Assembly: GCA_013299115.1 (NCBI GenBank)
Contig: JAAFKA010000014.1
Span: 64,001 to 128,000, forward strand
Direction of reading: 5' to 3'
DNA: 64,000 bases
DNA from: Cytophagales bacterium
GTDB lineage: Bacteria; Bacteroidota; Bacteroidia; Cytophagales; Thermoflexibacteraceae
Under the pieces are notes generated by a model. It saw only the letters and a program-made list of their open reading frames with translations, did no database searches and was not told where the DNA came from. Shown piece after piece: positions 38,960-47,954 of the stretch; the first letter of the stretch is position 1, and each line of letters starts with the position of its first letter. The position numbers and the translations under genes were made by a program.

Positions 38960-40618
38960 TTACTCAAACCTTACGGCAGCCTCATATTCTTGTTGAAACA
39001 GGGCTATTTGGTTTAGACGACTTTCCTCTGTCCAATGAAAATATTTTTGCAACTCTTTTGAAATAGGGTCTATCAATTTTTCTATGGTTTTGCGGCGAAA
39101 ATAAAGTCGTCCTGTGCGGCGTGTAAAAAAGTCGGACAAAGTAGAGCAAAGCTCATGCTGCACACAATACCAGAGTTCTCCTTTGACTATTGCTACTTCT
39201 TTGTCATTTTCGAGTTGCATAATTTCCACTATTTTGTCCATAATCATAGGCGTATTGGTGCCATAGTTATAAACCAAATATTCCAACACTTTTTTGTTTA
39301 GCCCTTTGTTGTAAGCATCTTCTATCCTTTCGTAAATGTAATCTTTCACGCCATCGGGCTTGTCGAATCTGCCACCTGTGAGGGCTATTTCTTCGGTGAT
39401 GCACTCTTTCAATGGATAGTCATATTTTTTGTTAAGACTTCGCAATACTTTGTCCACAATCCGTTGAGCCATTTTTCGGTAGCCTGTGAGTTTGCCCCCT
39501 GCTATGGAAATTAAACCCGACTCAGACACAAAAATCTCGTCTTTGCGTGATAATTCTGAAGGAGATTTGCCTTCCTCGTGTATCAAAGGGCGGAGTCCTG
39601 CCCAGCTTGAGGTAATGTCTTGTGCGGTAAGTTGCAAAGAAGGAAACATAAAATTGATAGATTGCAAGATATAACTCACATCTGTAGCTGCGGTTTGCGG
39701 GTTGTTTATGTCCTCGTGGTAGTTGGTGTCCGTTGTGCCTATGTAGGTGCTTGTGCCACGCGGAATGGCAAATAACATTCTGCCACCAGGCACATCGAAG
39801 TAAACCGACTGTTTGAGTGGGGCTTTTTCATAAGGCACGACTATATGCACACCTTTGGTGAGGTGCAATCTTTTGTTTTCTCTGGGCTTGCCTTTGTCTA
39901 TTTTTCGCACCTCGTCCACCCAAGGTCCTGTGGCATTGACTATTCTTTTTGCCCTGACCTCAAAAGTTTGATTAGTCAAAGTATCTAAGGCAACGATGCC
40001 ACAAACTTTTTGCTTGGGAGTGTAAAGAAAATCTGTAACTTGGCTGTAATTCAGGCAAATAGCCCCGTATTCGTAAGCTGTTTTCATTACCTCTATGGTC
40101 AGCCTTGCGTCATCAGTCCTGTATTCTATGTAGAGTCCGCCACCTTCTAAAATATCTGTGCGGAGGAGTGGCTCTTGCATAGCTGTCGACTCGGCATCTA
40201 ACATGATTCGTTGTTCGGCTTCTTTTACCCCTGCCAATTTATCGTAAACCCACAAGCCCACCGAAGTAGCCAACGACCCATAAGTGCCATCTTTGACCAA
40301 AGGCAACAGCATTTTTTCGGGAATTACCAAATGTGGGCAATTTTTATAGACTATTTCTCTTTCTCTGCCTACTTCCATCACCAATTTCACCTCCAACTGT
40401 TTGAGGTAACGCAGCCCACCGTGAATGAGCTTAGTAGAACGGCTGCTGGTGCCTGCTGCAAAGTCTTGTTTGTCTAACAAAGCCGTTTTTAGCCCACGCG
40501 AGGCTGCATCGAGGGCTATGCCTACGCCTGTAATGCCCCCGCCAATGACTAATACATCATATTCTTGGGTGGTCAGTTTTTCTTTAATGGCAATTCTTTC
40601 TGTATTGGTGGCTAACAT
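38960..40618 (-). CDS. FAD-dependent glycerol-3-phosphate dehydrogenase (GlpD/GlpA family)
   Basis: 552 aa with an N-terminal FAD fold VLVIGGGITGVGIALDAASRG and LIHGGLRYL. Confidence 0.9.
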   Translation of the reverse strand: MLATNTERIAIKEKLTTQEYDVLVIGGGITGVGIALDAASRGLKTALLDKQDFAAGTSSRSTKLIHGGLRYLKQLEVKLVMEVGREREIVYKNCPHLVIPEKMLLPLVKDGTYGSLATSVGLWVYDKLAGVKEAEQRIMLDAESTAMQEPLLRTDILEGGGLYIEYRTDDARLTIEVMKTAYEYGAICLNYSQVTDFLYTPKQKVCGIVALDTLTNQTFEVRAKRIVNATGPWVDEVRKIDKGKPRENKRLHLTKGVHIVVPYEKAPLKQSVYFDVPGGRMLFAIPRGTSTYIGTTDTNYHEDINNPQTAATDVSYILQSINFMFPSLQLTAQDITSSWAGLRPLIHEEGKSPSELSRKDEIFVSESGLISIAGGKLTGYRKMAQRIVDKVLRSLNKKYDYPLKECITEEIALTGGRFDKPDGVKDYIYERIEDAYNKGLNKKVLEYLVYNYGTNTPMIMDKIVEIMQLENDKEVAIVKGELWYCVQHELCSTLSDFFTRRTGRLYFRRKTIEKLIDPISKELQKYFHWTEESRLNQIALFQQEYEAAVRFE

Positions 40619-40646
40619 GAAGGAAAATTTTTGGAGTTAAGGTATT

Positions 40647-40737
40647 AGAGTTTATGAATAATTTTCGAAAGATGTCATTTTTCAAAAAAATGACATCTTT
40701 TTTCAAACCTCATAACAAAAATTTATTCATAAACTCT
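40647..40737. mobile_element. Family F MITE copy (same TIRs, different palindromic interior aaagatgtcattttt...aaaaatgacatcttt)
   Basis: The 15-bp TIRs are identical to the 38771 copy and in the same orientation. It lies directly upstream of the glpD start. Confidence 0.75.
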
Positions 40738-40851
40738 ATTTTTTGTTAAAAATTTAATGCAAATATAAAACCTCTGCACCTTATTCGTTACTAACCCTAT
40801 GATTAGTTAGTATTTTTTTTATGAAAATAGGCATCAAATTTGATTTTCTCC

Positions 40852-42927
40852 CTACCTATTCTGAAAAGCCCTTGTATATTCCAAAATCAAACATTGGAGG
40901 GCGGTGCGAATAGCTGTTTTTTCCGAAAAATCGGCAGGCAGGGCTTTGCTCACCACTTGCAGGGCAGGATATCCATGACCTTTATCTACGGCAGCCGCCA
41001 TGTTTCCACCTACGGCAAGGGCTGTAACTGTGTGTTCGTGTTTTTTGTAAAGCACCCGCAAAAAGTCGGTTTCCTTTGCCACCCAATTATATTTTTGGTA
41101 AGACGCAAAATAAACCTGTACAGTATATTCTCCTTTGTGATGCTCAAAAACTCGCAAATACGATTGGTAAGCCATAGAAGATTTTTCGCTGGCAATAGCT
41201 TGAATGGTAACTTCATACTTATCTGTACCCGATTGTTTGACTACGGTGTAGGCAAAAGTGGTGCTGTTGCGTTGAATTTTGCCTGTAAACCAATTTTTGC
41301 TGTCCGAAGTATATTGAAACCACTTTTGCCTTCCTTCGGGCTGCAACCACGTTTCGTTTTCCACTGTTTTTTGCAAGGTTAAGATTTGCTCTTTGCTGGG
41401 TGCTTCGCCAATTACATCTTGTATTACTTTTTCTTTGATATAACTTGCAATTTTTGCCCTATAAAAAGGGTCTGCAATGCGAGTTTGGAGGTTATACAAA
41501 TAGTTTTTGCCCTCTTGCAAGGTCTTAAACTTGGTTTCGTCTGCTACCAATAGTTCATAATAAAAGTTGATATTGCTGTCGTTTATCTCAAAATCTTGCA
41601 AACGGCAGTTCACTAAGGTATCAAATTCGTTTTTGAAATAAGAAAGCCACACTTCGTTGTCGTAGTTGCGTTTAAACTCTATCATTTCTTTGCTGGTGTC
41701 TATCTTATCAAAAACAGGACGTACTTGGCGGTTGAGTTCTGCCATATAATTGGCAAAGTTCTTTTCGCCCACCAAAGCCAACACTTCGGGTTTTTGTATG
41801 TCTTTGTAGAGTTTGACTAAGGGCTTAACCGAGCCACCAAAATTTTGGAGATATGCCTGCTCATCGAGGTCAAACACTTTAATATCAGGACTTTCTTGCA
41901 TTTCCTCTGCTAAGTCTTGTATGGTAGCCAAACTGCTATCAAAAGCTACAAACTCTTGCAAAGCTGCCTTGCCAAAAGTAAGCGTAGTAGAATCAACTTT
42001 GTGTGCAAGGGCAAGCAAGTGTCGCAAAGTTACGTATCGAGGCACACCTTTTTGGTATTTTTGCAAAATAACCTGCATTTTAAACTGCATTTCGGGGTCT
42101 TTTTCGGTGTAGGTATGCAATAATTTTTGCATTTCTTCGGGTTTCAGGGCAAAACGACTGCCTTGTGTGGCTTTGGTAGCCAAATATGCCCATTCAGACC
42201 TTGCCAAGTTGCTGCCCATCAGCACGTGCTTTTCTATGAGGTTGTAGTAAGTTTCATCAGAAAGTTGCATACTGCCTGTGTTGTAATAGGCTTTGGCTTC
42301 GGTCTGCCATTTCTCATCGAGATACAAGGCATCAGGCACATCTGCCAAATGTGCTACGGAGTCTAAGGCTGCTGCGGGATTTAAACCAAACTCCCAATAA
42401 AAACGTGCTAATTTTAGTCGCAACAGTTTGTTGCCTGTTGTTCTTGCCGAGTCGTAAGTAGTAAAAAACTCACGCAAATCGAGGTGTTTTTTGTCGTGAT
42501 AAATCTTAACCAAAGAAGAAACTACGGCTTGTTTCGATAATTTTTGGTGAAGTTGGCGGGCTTGCCCAAAATCTTTGTTTACGCCATAACCTCCTGTGAG
42601 GTAAATTTCGAGCAACCCACGCAAGGCTTCGCCTGTGGTGTCGGCAGGATTGGCAAGGGCTTTTTGATACCATTCTACGGCTTTTTGGTAGTCTTTTACC
42701 AAACCCGACTCCAACGGATTTGCCTTGCAAACTTGGGCTATGAACAAAGCAGCTTTTTTGTCGCCGTCTTTTGCCTTTTTCAAGGTTTCCTTGTGAGGTT
42801 TCAAATTAGGTTCTCCTCTTTTGCTTTGGGCTGCGAGAGAAAAAGTTATCAAAAGTTGCAACAAGCAACAAAATAGAAAGCAATAACGAAACATAAAAGT
42901 TGTTTGTGGATTTTTCTGTAAGTTCAA
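40852..42927 (-). CDS. Secreted protein with an N-terminal Sel1-like repeat and a large uncharacterised domain
   Basis: 691 aa with a signal peptide. The N-terminal KDYQKAVEWYQKALANPADTTGEALRGLLEIYLTGGYGVNKDFGQARQLHQKL is Sel1/TPR-like. Confidence 0.55.
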   Translation of the reverse strand: MNLQKNPQTTFMFRYCFLFCCLLQLLITFSLAAQSKRGEPNLKPHKETLKKAKDGDKKAALFIAQVCKANPLESGLVKDYQKAVEWYQKALANPADTTGEALRGLLEIYLTGGYGVNKDFGQARQLHQKLSKQAVVSSLVKIYHDKKHLDLREFFTTYDSARTTGNKLLRLKLARFYWEFGLNPAAALDSVAHLADVPDALYLDEKWQTEAKAYYNTGSMQLSDETYYNLIEKHVLMGSNLARSEWAYLATKATQGSRFALKPEEMQKLLHTYTEKDPEMQFKMQVILQKYQKGVPRYVTLRHLLALAHKVDSTTLTFGKAALQEFVAFDSSLATIQDLAEEMQESPDIKVFDLDEQAYLQNFGGSVKPLVKLYKDIQKPEVLALVGEKNFANYMAELNRQVRPVFDKIDTSKEMIEFKRNYDNEVWLSYFKNEFDTLVNCRLQDFEINDSNINFYYELLVADETKFKTLQEGKNYLYNLQTRIADPFYRAKIASYIKEKVIQDVIGEAPSKEQILTLQKTVENETWLQPEGRQKWFQYTSDSKNWFTGKIQRNSTTFAYTVVKQSGTDKYEVTIQAIASEKSSMAYQSYLRVFEHHKGEYTVQVYFASYQKYNWVAKETDFLRVLYKKHEHTVTALAVGGNMAAAVDKGHGYPALQVVSKALPADFSEKTAIRTALQCLILEYTRAFQNR

Positions 42928-43662
42928 AGATAGAAATTTTCTTTTGGTTACTGAATATTTTTTATAAATTCGTGCCTATCTTTCTTATCATTTTTGTAAT
43001 TATGACAAATAAACACCTATGGATAGTTAGCATTTTACTTTTTGCTTTCTTATCCCACTTTTGGCAACCAAGCTAAAATATTAGCTAACCATAGTTTTGA
43101 AGTTTTTTATTTGGGTGATATTGCTACCAACAAATTGCAAAAAAAATTAAAAATGCCACTTACTGTTTTGCGAGATAGTATTAAATCCCAAAATCCTGAA
43201 TCCCAAACAAAGAAAAAGTTAGAAACTAATTCACTATTGTCTGCTATTTTTGGCTTCTATACCCTGTACGCTAAGTTTTTGGTAAAATACGAAGCACTAA
43301 CTCTGCCTGATTATACAGATTACGAGTTAGAGTACAAGGTGTGTTGCTTGCTTGCAACTCAAAAGACCTAAACTCTAATTTTCTTTTCGGACAGTTTCTT
43401 TTTGCTTTTGCTTGTGAGGAAAGTCTTGTCATACAATTCCCTGATAATCAATACTTAAAAAAACAAAAAAGAGTTAATTAATTGATTTTCAATTAATTAA
43501 CTCTTTTTTGTTTTGCAAAAAGCTAAGTGATTGATTGAATGAAAGTTAAATAAAAATTGTAAAGTATTTAAAAATAAATTTTAAATTGATTTGTTTATTC
43601 AATAATTATTTAACTATATTTGTATCACAAAGTTACTCACAACCCCAAATAAGCCGTAAGCC

Positions 43663-45063
43663 ATGAACCGTTTTTATTTTCAACTCAAAGAAAATCTCGG
43701 ACTCAGTTTGATACTATTTATCGGACTTGGAGTAGAGTTTAGCAACTTTCAAGCCATGTTCTTTCGGTTTATGTCTATGTATAGACCAGATTGGGGGGCA
43801 TTTAATCACTTACCAGCTATTTTTCTAAGTGCTTTTTTGTTGCTGTGTATCGTCATTTTTGGCATTCGCCGCCAGACTACTTTGTCTTGGTTTTTGGCAT
43901 TGCTTACTTGTGTCATTTCGTTTTCGGTTTACAGTCGCATGAAACTGTCGTGGGAGTGGGAAAATATGCACGAAATTCATTTTGTAGTCATTATTTTGAG
44001 TGGAATGTTGCCCTTATTGGTTGCCTATACCACACACCAGTTGGCACGCAGCGAAGAAACGGAATATTATGCTTCGGAGGAGCAAGAAAAATTGGAAGGT
44101 TTTATCAGGGAGATTAGGCAGTTGCAAATGCAAAAACAATACAAACAACCTACACCCAAACCTCACTACGAACAGCATTTTGCTACGCCGCCTCATGCAC
44201 ACGCACATACGCACCCGCATACACAGGCTACGCACCACGCTGCTCATCAGGAAACAGCCCAACATGGGCATACAGGTCATACGGTCAATTTTTCTAACGA
44301 AGAGGTTTATGGCAAACGCAAGGTAAATTACGAGGTCAATCAAATGATTAAACCTGAAAAAATGGGTGCAGACCAAGAAGAATCGCAAGTTTGCGAGGAG
44401 TGCCAAACTTCTTTGGAAGGCAAAAGAAAAGGAGCAAAATATTGTTCGAAAGAATGTAGTTCGGTTGCTCAAAAACGCCGCAAAAACATAGCAGCCCAAC
44501 AAGCAATGCCTCCCAAACAGACCGAAAAACCTGTGATAATACGCCCAATGGCAAAAGAAGTAGCAAATGAAATGAGCAATATACCTTTTGTTCCTTCGCA
44601 CTTGCAAACAACGACTACTCAAAAAACTGCAACGCAGTATGGCAGAGTACCAGAATGGAAAGGAATTTTTGAGAGTGAAAAGCACTTGCAAAATACAGCC
44701 AATTCGCCTATTTCATCAGCTAATTTGGAAGCAAATTTAGAAACCGAATGGGTCATTGCAAACAAACAAACAACGACAAAAAATGCTGAAAAACAGATAA
44801 CTAAACCAACAAACCAAACTACAAACCAAACCAAAGAGAGGTTGAATGAAAATGTGCAACCTCTTGGCAATGACTTTTCTTTTTCTTGCGACTACTGCGG
44901 AAAAGAAACCCCAAAAACCAACACCCATAGCCGTTATTGCTCAGAGGTGTGTAGAATTGGGGCTTTAAAAACCAAACAAAGGTCGGATTTTTATGTCCAA
45001 CAAGATGAATTTGAAACGGCAGGCTTTATAGAGTGGAAAAATCCTGCCCGTATCGCCGTTTAG
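43663..45063 (+). CDS. Membrane protein with a His-rich segment and two C-x2-C...C-x3-C zinc-ribbon-like motifs
   Basis: 466 aa. About 4 N-terminal TM helices, then HAHAHTHPHTQATHHAAHQETAQHGHTGH, then CEECQ...CSKECS and CDYCG...CSEVC. Confidence 0.5.
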   Translation: MNRFYFQLKENLGLSLILFIGLGVEFSNFQAMFFRFMSMYRPDWGAFNHLPAIFLSAFLLLCIVIFGIRRQTTLSWFLALLTCVISFSVYSRMKLSWEWENMHEIHFVVIILSGMLPLLVAYTTHQLARSEETEYYASEEQEKLEGFIREIRQLQMQKQYKQPTPKPHYEQHFATPPHAHAHTHPHTQATHHAAHQETAQHGHTGHTVNFSNEEVYGKRKVNYEVNQMIKPEKMGADQEESQVCEECQTSLEGKRKGAKYCSKECSSVAQKRRKNIAAQQAMPPKQTEKPVIIRPMAKEVANEMSNIPFVPSHLQTTTTQKTATQYGRVPEWKGIFESEKHLQNTANSPISSANLEANLETEWVIANKQTTTKNAEKQITKPTNQTTNQTKERLNENVQPLGNDFSFSCDYCGKETPKTNTHSRYCSEVCRIGALKTKQRSDFYVQQDEFETAGFIEWKNPARIAV

Positions 45064-45312
45064 CTTACTGATTTGACAGACTTAGCCCTACCAATTTTTG
45101 GTAGGGCTATTTTATTTCTCGGCAATTTAAATCTGTGTACTAAGTCGGCTGATTGAAGGCAACTAAACAAGTCCATCTATTGCTTGCTAACATTGGTTAA
45201 AATTTATTTTAAATTTTTATTTACTTCTTACATAGTTTATGGTCTGCTTTATTAATTTTGGTATATTAAAGTAAATAAAAAACTACTTTTCATTCTAAAA
45301 ACAGCAACCATT

Positions 45313-46278
45313 ATGATTCTCCAAAAAGAAGAGGTTTTTAAATCATTTCATGCACTCTTGGCTGAATATGAACGAAACAAATTGCGTGTAGCCACCAAAG
45401 ACGAATTGGCAGCCAAAGCCAAAAGCAAACAACTTGTGCAAACTGTGGCAAACTATACAGCAGACAATATCCTGAAAGGATTGACCGACTTGCAAATTAA
45501 TTTCTCCGATACCATAGGCAAATGGGCAAATACTTTGCAAAGCGAAGCCCAAAAACAGGAGGAATTGCAAAAAGCTATTGAGATAGAAAAACAACGCCTA
45601 AAAGATTTCCAATCGGTGCGAACAGCAGCAGGAGCTTTGTATCTACTCAAACAAGAACACGAGGCAAAAACCGAAGCCCTTACCAAACTACACGCCGACA
45701 GACTTGCCAATTTTGAGGAGTTTACAACCAAAGAAAGGGCAAACCGCCAAACTGAACAAGCTACTTTTGAGCAAAATGTGCTTGAATTTGCTAAAAAATT
45801 GGCAAAAGAAAGGCAAAATGAAAAAGAGGAATTTCTTTATAATGCAGACAAGCAACAACAAGTGGAGAAAGACCAATATGAGGAAGCTAAAAAAATGACT
45901 AATCGAGGATTAGTAGAGGAAGAAGAACGGAAAAACCGCAACTGGACAGAAAGAGAACAATTAATAGACAAAAACAAAGCTGAACATGAACAGAATCGAA
46001 AAAAATTGGACGAATTTCCCGCTAAATTGGAGGAAGAGGTCAAGAAAGAACGTGAAGAAGCTGCCAAAGAAGCTGCGAGAGAAACCAGAGTACAAGCTGA
46101 ACTCACCGAAAAAGAAGAAACTGCCAACAAGCAAGTTGCGGAGCAAAGAATCGAGGCTCTTGAAAGAATGGTGGTTCACAATGACCTCGAAATCTCCAAA
46201 TTGACCGAACAACTCAACGAGGCTCACCGAAAAGTGCAAGACTTGTCGTTAAAGGCTTTGGAAAATAACCAAAAGTAG
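45313..46278 (+). CDS. Highly charged coiled-coil protein (hypothetical)
   Basis: 321 aa, E/K/Q-rich heptad-like sequence with no TM. Confidence 0.5.
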   Translation: MILQKEEVFKSFHALLAEYERNKLRVATKDELAAKAKSKQLVQTVANYTADNILKGLTDLQINFSDTIGKWANTLQSEAQKQEELQKAIEIEKQRLKDFQSVRTAAGALYLLKQEHEAKTEALTKLHADRLANFEEFTTKERANRQTEQATFEQNVLEFAKKLAKERQNEKEEFLYNADKQQQVEKDQYEEAKKMTNRGLVEEEERKNRNWTEREQLIDKNKAEHEQNRKKLDEFPAKLEEEVKKEREEAAKEAARETRVQAELTEKEETANKQVAEQRIEALERMVVHNDLEISKLTEQLNEAHRKVQDLSLKALENNQK

Positions 46279-46336
46279 TTAGAAAAGAAGTAATGTAAGT
46301 TTTTGGATAGTGCCATACAAGTGATGCTATCTCCTT

Positions 46337-46452
46337 AGAAGAGAGTGTCCGAAGGTCAAAAATTTGGAATTTTATAAAATATAACTTATTGAAAATCAAT
46401 TATTTATATTTTTTATTTTTTCATTTTTTTAAATTTTCGGACAGTTTCTTCT
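46337..46452. mobile_element. Family E MITE copy (termini agaagagagtgtccgaa / ttcggacagtttcttct)
   Basis: Inverted termini plus an AT-rich palindromic core (ataacttattgaaaatcaattatttatatt). Confidence 0.6.
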
Positions 46453-46674
46453 GAGCATTATAGCGGTGGTACTACCAGCTTTTGTATATGAAAAAGCCTA
46501 AATTTGTAATTATTCACACTCTAATATTTTGCTTTTTTGAGAGATTTTACCAATAAAGAATTGTATTGAAATATAGTATTGCAGAATAAAAAAAATGTAT
46601 AATTTTACAACAAATAAAATCACACACTAAGGTGGATTCTACAAAAAGTTGTAACTCATAATTTATAATTAAAA

Positions 46675-47238
46675 ATGTCTGTATCACTCAAAAAAGGGGC
46701 TTCGGTCAATTTATCTAAAAAAGAACCCAGCCTGAAAAAAATCTTAATTGGCTTAGGTTGGGAAATCAAAGCAGGCAATCAATTAGACCTCGATGCCTCT
46801 GTTTTCATGGTCAATGCACAGAGCAAAACTCCGCAAGAAGACTATTTTGTTTTTTATAACAACCTCAAATCTCCTGACGGGTCGGTACAACACACAGGTG
46901 ACAATCGCAGTGGGGCAGGTGATGATGATGACGAAATGATTTTAGCAAACTTGCCTATTATAGACGAGCAAGTTACCGATGTCATTGTTACAGTCAGTAT
47001 CCATGAGGCAACAGTGCGCAGGCACCATTTTGGGTTACTCTCAGAGGCTTATATTCGGATTGTAGATGTAGAAAAAAATAGAGAAATCTTGCGTTATGAC
47101 CTCGACGCCGAATTTGGAGGTTACGCAGATGTGGAGTTTGGCAGACTGCAACGCATAGCAGGCGAATGGCACTTCAAAGCTACAGGGATAGGAGCAAAAG
47201 AAGGCTTGCAAGGCTATGTGGACAAATATGTGATGTAA
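46675..47238 (+). CDS. TerD-domain protein (tellurite-resistance TerD family, Ca-binding)
   Basis: 187 aa. LDLDASVFMV and GDNRSGAGDDDDE are canonical TerD Ca-binding motifs. Confidence 0.85.
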   Translation: MSVSLKKGASVNLSKKEPSLKKILIGLGWEIKAGNQLDLDASVFMVNAQSKTPQEDYFVFYNNLKSPDGSVQHTGDNRSGAGDDDDEMILANLPIIDEQVTDVIVTVSIHEATVRRHHFGLLSEAYIRIVDVEKNREILRYDLDAEFGGYADVEFGRLQRIAGEWHFKATGIGAKEGLQGYVDKYVM

Positions 47239-47387
47239 TGGGCTGTTTTTTTAACCTATTAAGGTTTTTTAGAATCTTAGTAGGTTTTATTACAAAATAG
47301 TTTTTACCTTTGCCAGCAAAGTTTGCTATATGGCAAATATACAGTTTAAAAACTATTCGCCTGAAAACGAATGTACAATCAAACAAA

Positions 47388-47696
47388 ATTATGGTATTAT
47401 TACAAACAAGTGGTATTAATCCACAAATTATTAATCTGCTGTTCATTGGCGGTATGGTCATCGTGTTTTATTTTTTTATGATTCGCCCCCAGCAAAAAAA
47501 ACAAAAAGACCAAAAAGCATTTGCAGATAACCTACAGCAGGGTGATACGGTCATCACAATTGGTGGCATTCATGGCAAAATAGTGGCAACTGAAGGCACT
47601 ACAGTAGTTTTAGAGGTGGACAGAGGCGTAAAAATGAAAATAGAAAAGTCCGCTATTTCTTACGATTTGAGCAAAGAAGTACAGAAAAAAGCATAG
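47388..47696 (+). CDS. yajC: Preprotein translocase subunit YajC
   Basis: MVLLQTSG...INLLFIGGMVIVFYFFMIRPQQKKQK matches the YajC consensus. The ORF track extends upstream to 47310, but the conserved start is at 47388. Confidence 0.75.
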   Translation: MMVLLQTSGINPQIINLLFIGGMVIVFYFFMIRPQQKKQKDQKAFADNLQQGDTVITIGGIHGKIVATEGTTVVLEVDRGVKMKIEKSAISYDLSKEVQKKA

Positions 47697-47954
47697 CTTA
47701 TATAACCTCTGTAAAGATTTCAAGGTAGGTCAAGGTATGTGCTTTTGGTTTTGAGAAACCGAAAGCACATAGTTCCTAAACAATTAGGTAATTTTTTTAG
47801 ATAATTTTTATTTTTTCATTCTTTTATATTTTTTGATAATTTCTTTATACTAAATTGTAGTTGTTTGGTTGCCAATTTGCTAATCTCCACATTAAACTTC
47901 TTAGTGGCTTTTGCTATTCCCCTCCCTTAACTAAAAAAGCTTACAACTAAAATT

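Noticed and set aside
45704-46399. Several 60-100-aa ORFs overlapping the coiled-coil gene 45313..46278
   Set aside because: They are frame shadows of an E/K-rich coding region, with lysine- or serine-rich low-complexity translations.
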